NCBI GenBank assembly: GCA_964016885.1
Contig: OZ024744.1
Coordinates: forward strand, 125,488,001 to 125,552,000
Reading direction: 5' to 3'
DNA length: 64,000 bases
Source of the DNA: Eledone cirrhosa
Lineage: Eukaryota
Shown: piece after piece, positions 1-13,209 of the stretch
Layout of the letters: each line of letters begins with the position of its first letter
Numbering within the stretch: the stretch's first letter is position 1
Program-made: the position numbers and the translations under genes
The notes under the pieces: model-generated
What the model saw: the letters and a program-made list of their open reading frames with translations, nothing else
Database searches by the model: none
What the model was told of the DNA's origin: nothing

Positions 1-3000
1 TGTCTGGAAGTGGCGATCCATGCTCGGTGGATAGTTGGTTCCGGGTTTTACTATGATTGTTGCAAAACAGAAACTTAAAGGGATTGACAGAATTTGCGAT
101 TCCGGAGAGGGGGCGATCCGTCTGCTTGATTCCGATAACGAACGAGACATTCGTATCCGAAAGAACGTTTGTCTGGAAACTGGTGAGTCAGTGAGTCGAA
201 AAAAAAATATCTCGGTGGTAGTAGCAAATATTCGAACGAGACATTCGTATGCGAAAGAACGTTTGTCTGGAAGTGGCGATCCATGCCCGGTGGATAGTTG
301 GTTCCGGGTTTTACTATGATTGTTGCAAAACAGAAACTTAAAGGGATTGACAGAATTTGCGATTCCGGAGAGGGGGCGATCCGTCTGCTTGATTCCGATA
401 ACGAACGAGACATTCGTATCCGAAAGAACGTTTGTCTGGAAACTGGTGAGTCGAAAAAAAAATATCTCGGTGGTAGTAGCAAATATTCGTATGCGAAAGA
501 AAAGATCTCGGTGGTAGTAGCAAATATTCGAACGAGACATTCGTAGGCGAAAGAAAAATATCTCGGTGGTAGTAGCAAATATTCGAACGAGACATTCGTA
601 TGCGAAAGAACGTTTGTCGGTGGTAGTAGCAAATATTCGAACGAGACATTCGTATGCGAAAGAACGTTTGTCTGGAAGTGGCGATCCATGCCCGGTGGAT
701 AGTTGGTTCCGGGTTTTACTATGATTGTTGCAAAACAGAAACTTAAAGGGATTGACAGAATTTGCGATTCCGGAGAGAGGGCGATCCGTCTGCTTGATTC
801 CGATAACGAACGAGACATTCGTATCCGAAAGAACGTTTGTCTGGAAACTGGTGAGTCAGTGAGTCGAAAAAAAAATATCTCGGTGGTAGTAGCAAATATT
901 CGAACGAGACATTCGTATGCGAAAGAACGTTTGTCGGTGGTAGTAGCAAATATTCGAACGAGACATTCGTATGCGAAAGAACGTTTGTCTGGAAGTGGCG
1001 ATCCATGCTCGGTGGATAGTTGGTTCCGGGTTTTACTATGATTGTTGCAAAACAGAAACTTAAAGGGATTGACAGAATTTGCGATTCCGGAGAGGGGGCG
1101 ATCCGTCTGCTTGATTCCGATAACGAACGAGACATTCGTATCCGAAAGAACGTTTGTCTGGAAACTGGTGAGTCAGTGAGTCGAAAAAAAAATATCTCGG
1201 TGGTAGTAGCAAATATTCGAACGAGACATTCGTATGCGAAAGAACGTTTGTCTGGAAGTGGCGATCCATGCCCGGTGGATAGTTGGTTCCGGGTTTTACT
1301 ATGATTGTTGCAAAACAGAAACTTAAAGGGATTGACAGAATTTGCGATTCCGGAGAGGGGGCGATCCGTCTGCTTGATTCCGATAACGAACGAGACATTC
1401 GTATCCGAAAGAACGTTTGTCTGGAAACTGGTGAGTCGAAAAAAAAATATCTCGGTGGTAGTAGCAAATATTCGTATGCGAAAGAAAAGATCTCGGTGGT
1501 AGTAGCAAATATTCGAACGAGACATTCGTAGGCGAAAGAAAAATATCTCGGTGGTAGTAGCAAATATTCGAACGAGACATTCGTATGCGAAAGAACGTTT
1601 GTCGGTGGTAGTAGCAAATATTCGAACGAGACATTCGTATGCGAAAGAACGTTTGTCTGGAAGTGGCGATCCATGCCCGGTGGATAGTTGGTTCCGGGTT
1701 TTACTATGATTGTTGCAAAACAGAAACTTAAAGGGATTGACAGAATTTGCGATTCCGGAGAGAGGGCGATCCGTCTGCTTGATTCCGATAACGAACGAGA
1801 CATTCGTATCCGAAAGAACGTTTGTCTGGAAACTGGTGAGTCAGTGAGTCGAAAAAAAAATATCTCGGTGGTAGTAGCAAATATTCGAACGAGACATTCG
1901 TATGCGAAAGAACGTTTGTCGGTGGTAGTAGCAAATATTCGAACGAGACATTCGTATGCGAAAGAACGTTTGTCTGGAAGTGGCGATCCATGCTCGGTGG
2001 ATAGTTGGTTCCGGGTTTTACTATGATTGTTGCAAAACAGAAACTTAAAGGGATTGACAGAATTTGCGATTCCGGAGAGGGGGCGATCCGTCTGCTTGAT
2101 TCCGATAACGAACGAGACATTCGTATCCGAAAGAACGTTTGTCTGGAAACTGGTGAGTCAGTGAGTCGAAAAAAAAATATCTCGGTGGTAGTAGCAAATA
2201 TTCGAACGAGACATTCGTATGCGAAAGAACGTTTGTCGGTGGTAGTAGCAAATATTCGAACGAGACATTCGTATGCGAAAGAACGTTTGTCGGTGGTAGT
2301 AGCAAATATTCGAACGAGACATTCGTATGCGAAAGAACGTTTGTCTGGAAGTGGCGATCCATGCCCGGTGGATAGTTGGTTCCGGGTTTTACTATGATTG
2401 TTGCAAAACAAAAACTTAAAGGGATTGACAGAATTTGCGATTCCGGAGAGAGGGCGATCCGTCTGCTTGATTCCGATAACGAACGAGACATTCGTATCCG
2501 AAAGAACGTTTGTCTGGAAACTGGTGAGTCAGTGAGTCGAAAAAAAAATATCTCGGTGGTAGTAGCAAATATTCGAACGAGACATTCGTATGCGAAAGAA
2601 CGTTTGTCGGTGGTAGTAGCAAATATTCGAACGAGACATTCGTATGCGAAAGAACGTTTGTCTGGAAGTGGCGATCCATGCCCGGTGGATAGTTGGTTCC
2701 GGGTTTTACTATGATTGTTGCAAAACAGAAACTTAAAGGGATTGACAGAATTTGCGATTACGGAGAGGGGGCGATCCGTCTGCTTGATTCCGATAACGAA
2801 CGAGACATTCGTATCCGAAAGAACGTTTGTCTGGAAACTGGTGAGTCAGTGAGTCGAAAAAAAAATATCTCGGTGGTAGTGGCAAATATTCGAACGAGAC
2901 ATTCGTATGCGAAAGAACGTTTGTCGGTGGTAGTAGCAAATATTCGAACGAGACATTCGTATGCGAAAGAACGTTTGTCTGGAAGTGGCGATCCATGCCC

Positions 3001-4324
3001 GGTGGATAGTTGGTTCCGGGTTTTACTATGATTGTTGCAAAACAGAAACTTAAAGGGATTGACAGAATTTGCGATTACGGAGAGGGGGCGATCCGTCTGC
3101 TTGATTCCGATAACGAACGAGACATTCGTATCCGAAAGAACGTTTGTCTGGAAACTGGTGAGTCAGTGAGTCGAAAAAAAAATATCTCGGTGGTAGTAGC
3201 AAATATTCGAACGAGACATTCGTATGCGAAAGAACGTTTGTCGGTGGTAGTAGCAAATATTCGAACGAGACATTCGTATGCGAAAGAACGTTTGTCTGGA
3301 AGTGGCGATCCATGCCCGGTGGATAGTTGGTTCCGGGTTTTACTATGATTGTTGCAAAACAGAAACTTAAAGGGATTGACAGAATTTGCGATTCCGGAGA
3401 GGGGGCGATCCGTCTGCTTGATTCCGATAACGAACGAGACATTCGTATCCGAAAGAACGTTTGTCTGGAAACTGGTGAGTCAGTGAGTCGAAAAAAAAAA
3501 TATCTCGGTGGTAGTAGCAAATATTCGAACGAGACATTCGTATGCGAAAGAACGTTTGTCGGTGGTAGTAGCAAATATTCGAACGAGACATTCGTATGCG
3601 AAAGAACGTTTGTCTGGAAGTGGCGATCCATGCTCGGTGGATAGTTGGTTCCGGGTTTTACTATGATTGTTGCAAAACAGAAACTTAAAGGGATTGACAG
3701 AATTTGCGATTCCGGAGAGGGGGCGATCCGTCTGCTTGATTCCGATAACGAACGAGACATTCGTATCCGAAAGAACGTTTGTCTGGAAACTGGTGAGTCA
3801 GTGAGTCGAAAAAAAAATATCTCGGTGGTAGTAGCAAATATTCGAACGAGACATTCGTATGCGAAAGAACGTTTGTCTGGAAGTGGCGATCCATGCCCGG
3901 TGGATAGTTGGTTCCGGGTTTTACTATGATTGTTGCAAAACAGAAACTTAAAGGGATTGACAGAATTTGCGATTCCGGAGAGGGGGCGATCCGTCTGCTT
4001 GATTCCGATAACGAACGAGACATTCGTATCCGAAAGAACGTTTGTCTGGAAACTGGTGAGTCAGTGAGTCGAAAAAAAAATATCTCGGTGGTAGTAGCAA
4101 ATATTCGTATGCGAAAGAAAAGATCTCGGTGGTAGTAGCAAATATTCGAACGAGACATTCGTATGCGAAAGAAAAATATCTCGGTGGTAGTAGCAAATAT
4201 TCGAACGAGACATTCGTATTCGAAAGAACGTTTGTCTGGAAGTTGCGATCCATGCCCGGTGGATAGTTGGTTCCGGGCTTTACTATGATTGTTGCAAAAC
4301 AGAAACCTAAAGGAATTGACAGAA
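1..4324 (+). repeat. rDNA-derived satellite array, copy 1 (3' part; monomer ~263 bp plus n x 54-bp subrepeat)
   Basis: Monomer starts at 35, 298, 703, 1020, 1283, 1688, 2005, 2376, 2693, 3010, 3327, 3645, 3908. Contains 18S-like GAAACTTAAAGGGATTGAC, CGATTCCGGAGAGGG and TTCCGATAACGAACGAGAC, and 28S-like CTCGGTGGTAGTAGCAAATATTC. Confidence 0.92.
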
Positions 4325-4346
4325 TTTTCGAATCGACATCAACTCG

Positions 4347-4699
4347 GCTACGGCTATCCCGTCGAGTACGAGAGTATCGCGGGATCAGAGCAACGGTTTG
4401 CTAGGCTGCCTCTGAGCGATAACGGCTGAACGCCTCCTCTAAGCCGGAACCCTAGCCGGACCCGAGTTGTTTTTCGACAAGCGTCTCGACCTTCTTAAGG
4501 CCCATGCCTTAGTTTGGCGATTGCCGTCCGTTCGCCGACGGCGGCAGCGTCAGCGGAAATGCCATTCTGTGACGACTACGACGATTCGTCGTCGTCGTCG
4601 TCCATTCGATTTCCTGAAAGAGATAGAGACTAAAGTGATCAAATTGTTCGGAGTTACGTGCTTAGTAGAGCAGCTACCACACTGCAATCTATTGAGAGT
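4347..4699 (+). pseudogene. Degenerate 28S rRNA 3'-terminal fragment, copy 1
   Basis: AGTACGAGAG (sarcin-ricin loop-like), GGCTGAACGCCTC..TAAG, CCATTCTGTGACGAC and GTAGAGCAGCTACCACACTGCAATCTATTGAGAGT occur in the order of the eukaryotic LSU 3' end, with indels. Confidence 0.8.
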
Positions 4700-5577
4700 T
4701 TTCTGACGAACGATACAATCCGCCCACGTGGCGCCAGAAAGGGAGAAGAAAAGAAAAGTTAGACGCCGCCGATCGATCGGTTCGTTGTTTTACGTGTACA
4801 CAGCTTGTGTGTGTGTCTGTATGTGATACAAGCCGCCTATCCGTCTTCCAAGTAAGTTTTGTGTGTAGACTGCGGAAAGAAATCCAATCCGCCGTCTAGG
4901 CGGTTCTGCCGCCGACCTATACTTTTGCGAGTCGCTCCCGGGAAAGACAGGCGGCAAGACGGCGTGTATACACGACGCCTTCCGTCTTCCGCCTCGAACC
5001 CGGGCAAACGTTCCTTTATTCGTCCACGCCTTCCCGCTTCGATCGCGAGAAAGTAATCAATCTGTTTTGTGTGTGTGTCTGTGTGTGATACAAATTTGTT
5101 TTCTTAATTTGATAACCATGAATTGTTTCAACACCGGCCCTTTTAAGGGCCACTTATATTTTCAATAATCAGTTTAAATGGGTTGCACCGTAGCCACTTG
5201 GTAATACACTGCAAATCTCCCGTCAATCTATGAAGGTTTTGTAGTAGATTAGATCAAAACACAATCAGCAAGACAGTAATGGAATGAATAATATAAACAT
5301 TTGTTTATAATTAAAGCCTTAAGATGTCCCTCCCTCCCTCCCTTCCTCCCTTCCTTCCTTCCTTCCTTCCTTCCTTACGATATACACTTTAATAACATTG
5401 AAACTTATTTAATAAGTTTAAATTTTAAACACTTTTTATTCAGACGTACCGCGATAAGTAACTAGATATGTTCTAACGAATAATCCGCGATGTGGCGAGG
5501 ATTACCGCGATAGGAAATTAGATACGTTCCAAAGAAATATCCGCGAAAAGTGAACCGCGATATAGCGGGTTCACCAG

Positions 5578-5638
5578 CCAGTGTATTACTGGTACTTTAT
5601 TTTATCGACCCCCATAAGGATGAAAGGCAAAGTTAACT
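5578..5638 (-). mobile_element. SINE fragment (same family as 18060-18250)
   Basis: Reverse complement of GTTAACTTTGCCTTTCATCCTTA.GGGG.TCGATAAAATAAAG.ACCAGTAA. Confidence 0.7.
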
Positions 5639-5739
5639 GTGCAATAACAAAGGGAGATAACCTCGTCTTTTTTTTTTTACGGAGTTATTTCCCTTTAAAT
5701 TTTATCTATTACTTATGATGATACAATTTAATCAGTTCT

Positions 5740-5864
5740 TAGCTGTCGAGACACTGCATCCTTTAAAACCTCCATGGAACAAGCTACCTGCAACAGTTGT
5801 TAGCTGTCGAGACACTGCATCTTTTAAAACCTCCATGGAACAAACTACCTGCATCAGTTGTTAG
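5740..5864 (+). mobile_element. Two tandem 61-bp copies of a CR1-type LINE ORF2 3' segment
   Basis: CATGGAACAA.CTACCTGCA.CAGTTGTTAGCTGTCGAGACACTGCATC.TTTAA closely matches the reverse complement of 20600-20660 (WNKLPASIVSCRDTASFK). Confidence 0.75.
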
Positions 5865-5922
5865 GGTCTGAGTTCAAATCACGCCGAGGAGGTTAACTTT
5901 GCCTTTCATCCTTACGGGGTCG
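5865..5922 (+). mobile_element. SINE fragment
   Basis: GGTCTGAGTTCAAATCACGCCGAGG..TTAACTTTGCCTTTCATCCTTACGGGGTCG, nearly identical to 18140-18195; Pol III B-box-like GAGTTCAAATC. Confidence 0.75.
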
Positions 5923-6132
5923 GTCGGAAAACGAACCATTCCCGGTTCGCTTTCGAAGCGGGTTTCCGAAAACAGCGCTTCTCTCGACCGGGCCCGTCGT
6001 CCGCTCGGCGGTGGTTTTCATCGTCCCAGGCACGGCTAACAGGCGGAGACGGGACAAACGCGCGTGTTCCTTTTTTTATCAGCCGCAGCGCCGTTCGTAT
6101 ATATGCTTAGGTTGTTTTTTTTTTAAATATCC

Positions 6133-6362
6133 TAAGTTAAGTTGGGGCTAAGTTAAGTTGGGGCTAAGTTAAGTTGAGGTTAAGTTGAGTTGGGGTTAAG
6201 TTAAGTGGGGGTTAAGTTAAGCTGGGGTTAAGTTAAGTTGAGGTTAAGTTAAGTTGGGGTTAAGTCAAGTTGGGGTTAAGTTAAGTTGGGGTTAAGTTAG
6301 GTTGGGGTTAAGTTAGGTTGGGGTTAAGTTAAGTTGGGGTTAAGTTAGGTTGCGGTTAAGTT
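6133..6362 (+). repeat. G-rich telomere-like 16-bp tandem repeat (TTAAGTTAAGTTGGGG)n
   Basis: About 14 imperfect units with TTGGGG, TTAGG and TTAAG variants. Confidence 0.9.
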
Positions 6363-6365
6363 ACA

Positions 6366-9300
6366 TTCGCCGCCGGACTTCAGCTTCCTCATTTAGCATG
6401 GGCAGTTTTTCTTGAAAATCACACCACACACAGCAAATGTGTGTCCGCACATGTACCAGTAATTACAGATCGATTCCGGTGAAAATTCACTGAAAACGGG
6501 CCATCCGGCCCTGTGCGTCGATCGTGGGCCGGCCGGATGTTGACGGATCGATGTGTAATTAGAAGTACATGTGCGGACACTCATTGGCTGTGCGTGGTAT
6601 GCATTTCAGCAAGATATCTCCGTAACATCAAGAGTTATGGCTGTGGAGGCACACCTAGTCAAACGTAAACAAGGTCTGGAGCGTTTACGCTTCGCGATTT
6701 TGTTTACGTTTGACTAGGTGTGCCTCCACAGCCACAACTCTTGATGTTACGGAGATATCTTGCTGAAATGCATACCGCGCACAGCCAATGAGTGTCCGCA
6801 CATGTACTTCTAATTACACATCGATCCGTCAACATCCGGCCGGCCCACGATCGACGCACAGGGCCGGATGGCCCGTTTTCAGTGAATTTTCACCGGAATC
6901 GATCTGTAATTACTGGTACATGTGCGGAGACACATTTGCTGTGTGTGGTGTGATTTTCAAGAAAAACTGCCCATGCTAAATGAGGAAGCTGAAGTCCGCC
7001 GGCGAATGGTGTGCTTCGAAGAAAACTAATTCGAAAATGACCGTTTGCAGGCGGAGTAACCTTTTCGATCGTGGGCCAGCCGCCCGTGGTGGGATCCATC
7101 TGTAATTACTGGTACATGTGCGGACATACATTTGCTGTGTGTGGTGTGATTTTCAAGAAGAACTGCCCATGCTAAATGAGGAAGCTGAAGTCCGCCGGCG
7201 AATGGTGTGCTTCGAAGAAAACTAATTCGAAAATGACCGTTTGCAGGCGGGGTAACCTTTTCGATCGTGGGCCAGCCGCCCGTGGTGGGATCCATCTGTA
7301 ATTACTGGTACATGTGCGGACACACATTTGCTGTGTGTGGTGTGATTTTCGAGAAAGACTGCCCATGCTAAATGAGGAAGCTGAAGTCCGCCGGCGAATG
7401 GTGTGCTTCGAAGAAAACTAATTCGAAAATGACTATTTGCCGGCGGAATCACCTTTTCGGTCCTGGTCCGGCCGGATCTTGCCGGATCGATCGGAAATTT
7501 GTGGACCATGTTCGGAAGGCCATTGTGCATGTGTGGTGAAAAAAATTTGTGTCGAAATCTTCTCGGAAAATAACGGATCGCCGGCGGAGATTGCCATTTC
7601 GATCGTGGGCCGGCCGGATCTTGTCGGATCGATTCGGACATATGTGCATCGTGTTCGCAAGGCCCTTGTCTATGTGTGGTGTGATTTTCATAAAGAAATT
7701 CCGAAAAACCCAGTTTTAAATCTGATTTCGCCAAAGAATTTTGGCTATCAGATCGGGTTGAAAGGTATGGTTTCAGGTCGATCTGAAAGTCTAAAATGGA
7801 ATTCACTCGGTTAGCTAACTATTGATATTTCGGAGATATCTTTCTGAAAATCACACCACACACTCCCAATGAGTGTCTGCACATGTACCAGTAATTACAG
7901 ATGGATCCCACCACGGGCGGCCGGCCCACGATCGAAAAGGTTACTCCGAAGCACACCATTCGCCGGCGGAATTCATTTAGCATGGGCAGTTTTTCTCGAA
8001 AATCACACCACACACAGCCAATGAGTGTCCGCACATGTACCAGTAATTACAGATGGATCCCACCACGGGCGGCTGGCCCACGATCGAAAAGGTTACTCCG
8101 CCTGCAAACGGTCATTTTCGAATTCGTTTTCTTCGAAGCACACGATTCGCCGGCGGACTTCAGCTGCCTCATTTAGCATGGGCAGTTTTTCTCGAAAATC
8201 ACACCACACACAGCAAATGTGTGTCCGCACATGTACCAGTAATTACAGATCGATTCCGGTGAAAATTCACTGAAAACGGGCCATTCGGCCCTGTGCGTCG
8301 ATCGTGGGCCGGCCGGATGTTGACGGATCGATGTGTAATTAGAAGTACATGTGCGGACACTCATTGGCTGTGCGTGGTATGCATTTCAGCAAGATATCTC
8401 CGTAACATCAAGAGTTATGGCTGTGGAGGCACACCTAGTCAAACGTAAACAAGCTCTGGAGCGTATACGCTTCGCGATTTTGTTTACGTTTGACTAGGTG
8501 TGCCTCCACAGCCACAACTCTTGATGTTACGGAGATATCTTGCTGAAATGCATACCACGCACAGCCAATGAGTGTCCGCACATGTACTTCTAATTACACA
8601 TCGATCCGTCAACATCCGGCCGGCCCACGATCGACGCACAGGGCCGGATGGCCCGTTTGCAGTGAATTTTCACCGGAATCGATCTGTAATTACTGGTACA
8701 TGTGCGGACACACATTTGCTGTGTGTGGTGTGATTTTCGAGAAAAACTGCCCATGCTAAATGAGGAAGCTGAAGTCCGCCGGCGAATGGTGTGCTTCGAA
8801 GAAAACTAATTCGAAAATGACCGTTTGCAGGCGGAGTAACCTTTTCGATCGTGGGCCAGCCGCCCGTGGTGGGATACATCTGTAATTACTGGTACATGTG
8901 CGGACACACATTTGCTGTGTGTGGTGTGATTTTCGAGAAAGACTGCCCATGCTAAATGAGGAAGCTGAAGTCCGCCGGCGAATGGTGTGCTTCGAAGAAA
9001 ACTAATTCGAAAATGACTATTTGCCGGCGGAATCACCTTTTCGGTCCTGGTCCGGCCGGATCTTGCCGGATCGATCGGAAATTTGTGGACCATGTTCGGA
9101 AGGCCATTGTGCATGTGTGGTGAAAAAAATTTGTGTCGAAATCTTCTCGGAAAATAACGGATCGCCGGCGGAGATTGCCATTTCGATCGTGGGCCGGCCG
9201 GATCTTGTCGGATCGATTCGGACATATGTGCATCGTGTTCGCAAGGCCCTTGTCTATGTGTGGTGTGATTTTCATAAAGAAATTCCGAAAAACCCAGTTT

Positions 9301-12300
9301 TAAATCTGATTTCGCCAAAGAATTTTGGCTATCAGATCGGGTTGAAAGGTATGGTTTCAGGTCGATCTGAAAGTCTAAAATGGGATTCACTCGGTTAGCT
9401 AACTTTTGATATATCGGAGATATCTTTCTGAAAATCACACCACACACTCCCAATGAGTGTCTGCACATGTACCAGTAATTACAGATGGATCCCACCACGG
9501 GCGGCCGGCCCACGATCGAAAAGGTTACTCCGAAGCACACCATTCGCCGGCGGAATTCATTTAGCATGGGCAGTTTTTCTCGAAAATCACACCACACACA
9601 GCCAATGAGTGTCCGCACATGTACCAGTAATTACAGATGGATCCCACCACGGGCGGCTGGCCCACGATCGAAAAGGTTACTCCGCCTGCAAACGGTCATT
9701 TTCGAATTCGTTTTCTTCGAAGCACACGATTCGCCGGCGGACTTCAGCTGCCTCATTTAGCATGGGCAGTTTTTCTCGAAACTCACACCACACACAGCAA
9801 ATGTGTGTCCGCACATGTACCAGTAATTACAGATCGATTCCGGTGAAAATTCACTGAAAACGGGCCATTCGGCCCTGTGCGTCGATCGTGGGCCGGCCGG
9901 ATGTTGACGGATCGATGTGTAATTAGAAGTACATGTGCGGACACTCATTGGCTGTGCGTGGTATGCATTTCAGCAAGATATCTCCGTAACATCAAGAGTT
10001 ATGGCTGTGGAGGCACACCTAGTCAAACGTAAACAAGCTCTGGAGCGTATACGCTTCGCGATTTTGTTTACGTTTGACTAGGTGTGCCTCCACAGCCACA
10101 ACTCTTGATGTTACGGAGATATCTTGCTGAAATGCATACCACGCACAGCCAATGAGTGTCCGCACATGTACTTCTAATTACACATCGATCCGTCAACATC
10201 CGGCCGGCCCACGATCGACGCACAGGGCCGGATGGCCCGTTTGCAGTGAATTTTCACCGGAATCGATCTGTAATTACTGGTACATGTGCGGACACACATT
10301 TGCTGTGTGTGGTGTGATTTTCACGAAAAACTGCCCATGCTAAATGAGGAAGCTGAAGTCCGCCGGCGAATGGTGTGCTTCGAAGAAAACTAATTCGAAA
10401 ATGACCGTTTGCAGGCGGAGTAACCTTTTCGATCGTGGGCCAGCCGCCCGTGGTGGGATACATCTGTAATTACTGGTACATGTGCGGACACACATTTGCT
10501 GTGTGTGGTGTGATTTTCGAGAAAGACTGCCCATGCTAAATGAGGAAGCTGAAGTCCGCCGGCGAATGGTGTGCTTCGAAGAAAACTAATTCGAAAATGA
10601 CTATTTGCCGGCGGAATCACCTTTTCGGTCCTGGTCCGGCCGGATCTTGCCGGATCGATCGGAAATTTGTGGACCATGTTCGGAAGGCCATTGTGCATGT
10701 GTGGTGAAAAAAATTTGTGTCGAAATCTTCTCGGAAAATAACGGATCGCCGGCGGAGATTGCCATTTCGATCGTGGGCCGGCCGGATCTTGTCGGATCGA
10801 TTCGGACATATGTGCATCGTGTTCGCAAGGCCCTTGTCTATGTGTGGTGTGATTTTCATAAAGAAATTCCGAAAAACCCAGTTTTAAATCTGATTTCGCC
10901 AAAGAATTTTGGCTATCAGATCGGGTTGAAAGGTATGGTTTCAGGTCGATCTGAAAGTCTAAAATGGGATTCACTCGGTTAGCTAACTTTTGATATATCG
11001 GAGATATCTTTCTGAAAATCACACCACACACTCCCAATGAGTGTCTGCACATGTACCAGTAATTACAGATGGATCCCACCACGGGCGGCCGGCCCACGAT
11101 CGAAAAGGTTACTCCGAAGCACACCATTCGCCGGCGGAATTCATTTAGCATGGGCAGTTTTTCTCGAAAATCACACCACACACAGCCAATGAGTGTCCGC
11201 ACATGTACCAGTAATTACAGATGGATCCCACCACGGGCGGCTGGCCCACGATCGAAAAGGTTACTCCGCCTGCAAACGGTCATTTTCGAATTCGTTTTCT
11301 TCGAAGCACACGATTCGCCGGCGGACTTCAGCTGCCTCATTTAGCATGGGCAGTTTTTCTCGAAACTCACACCACACACAGCAAATGTGTGTCCGCACAT
11401 GTACCAGTAATTACAGATCGATTCCGGTGAAAATTCACTGAAAACGGGCCATTCGGCCCTGTGCGTCGATCGTGGGCCGGCCGGATGTTGACGGATCGAT
11501 GTGTAATTAGAAGTACATGTGCGGACACTCATTGGCTGTGCGTGGTATGCATTTCAGCAAGATATCTCCGTAACATCAAGAGTTATGGCTGTGGAGGCAC
11601 ACCTAGTCAAACGTAAACAAGCTCTGGAGCGTATACGCTTCGCGATTTTGTTTACGTTTGACTAGGTGTGCCTCCACAGCCACAACTCTTGATGTTACGG
11701 AGATATCTTGCTGAAATGCATACCACGCACAGCCAATGAGTGTCCGCACATGTACTTCTAATTACACATCGATCCGTCAACATCCGGCCGGCCCACGATC
11801 GACGCACAGGGCCGGATGGCCCGTTTTCAGTGAATTTTCACCGGAATCGATCTGTAATTACTGGTACATGTGCGGACACACATTTGCTGTGTGTGGTGTG
11901 ATTTTCACGAAAAACTGCCCATGCTAAATGAGGAAGCTGAAGTCCGCCGGCGAATGGTGTGCTTCGAAGAAAACTAATTCGAAAATGACCGTTTGCAGGC
12001 GGAGTAACCTTTTCGATCGTGGGCCAGCCGCCCGTGGTGGGATACATCTGTAATTACTGGTACATGTGCGGACACACATTTGCTGTGTGTGGTGTGATTT
12101 TCGAGAAAGACTGCCCATGCTAAATGAGGAAGCTGAAGTCCGCCGGCGAATGGTGTGCTTCGAAGAAAACTAATTCGAAAATGACTATTTGCCGGCGGAA
12201 TCACCTTTTCGGTCCTGGTCCGGCCGGATCTTGCCGGATCGATCGGAAATTTGTGGACCATGTTCGGAAGGCCATTGTGCATGTGTGGTGAAAAAAATTT

Positions 12301-12557
12301 GTGTCGAAATCTTCTCGGAAAATAACGGATCGCCGGCGGAGATTGCCATTTCGATCGTGGGCCGGCCGGATCTTGTCGGATCGATTCGGACATATGTGCA
12401 TCGTGTTCGCAAGGCCCTTGTCTATGTGTGGTGTGATTTTCATAAAGAAATTCCGAAAAACCCAGTTTTAAATCTGATTTCGCCAAAGAATTTTGGCTAT
12501 CAGATCGGGTTGAAAGGTATGGTTTCAGGTCGATCTGAAAGTCTAAAATGGAATTCA
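6366..12557. repeat. Tandem array of ~1584-bp palindromic (foldback-like) units with 196-bp subrepeats, copy 1
   Basis: Period 1584 (8173, 9757, 11341); the first period is 1780 = 1584+196. Inverted arms centred near 6686, 8466, 10050 and 11634 around a 27-bp loop; mirrored ORFs 6393-6584(-) and 6788-6979(+). Confidence 0.95.
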
Positions 12558-13209
12558 CACATTTTTAGTTATACTTTGAAGCACATTTTTTTTGTTACTA
12601 TTATATTAAAAGTTATCTGGTTACGTTATTTGACTGGTATTTCTAGCATTTTACAAGGACCACGTGTGTGTTTTATTTAAGGAAGATCTAGTTGTTATTT
12701 CTGATATTTTCTTCATCAAGTTAGTTGCTATTTCCTGCATCCTCTTGAAGACAAGAAATAATAATGAATTAGCTGCTGTTTCTAGTAGGTTCTATGGTAG
12801 TGATGAGCGTGGGAGGGAGGTTTGACTGCTATTTTTAGCAGGTTCTAAGGCATTGAGGTTTATGTTTTACGAGAGATTTGGCTGTTATTTCTAACATGTT
12901 ATAATGGAGAGAGAGAGAGAGTATAAGATATACAGAGAGAGGGAGTATAAGATATAGAGAGAGGGGAAACGGCCGATGTTTACGTTGAGAAAACCTAATA
13001 AAATTTTATAAATGGGTTTATAAAGAATAGAATGAGATAAACAAGACAAAGTTAGATAAAATAAATCAGCTGTAAGGATATTATACGATATATTTATAAT
13101 ATTTTAATATATTTTTCCTGGTCGTCTGCTGCCATTGATAGAGAGAGGAGTGGTGGGAGGTAGCCATAACAACCGTGGTAGCAGCACTGAGGTTTGTTTT
13201 TAAAGAAGT

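Noticed and set aside
35-4253. Dozens of repeated ORFs (MVPGFTMIVAKQ.., MSRSLSES..) here and at 35182-43894, up to 521 aa
   Set aside because: Translations of the satellite; frames change with A-run length and the DNA is rRNA-derived.
6393-12680. ORFs of 63-270 aa in the palindromic array
   Set aside because: Mirrored on both strands because of the inverted repeats; no recognisable domain or transposase motif.
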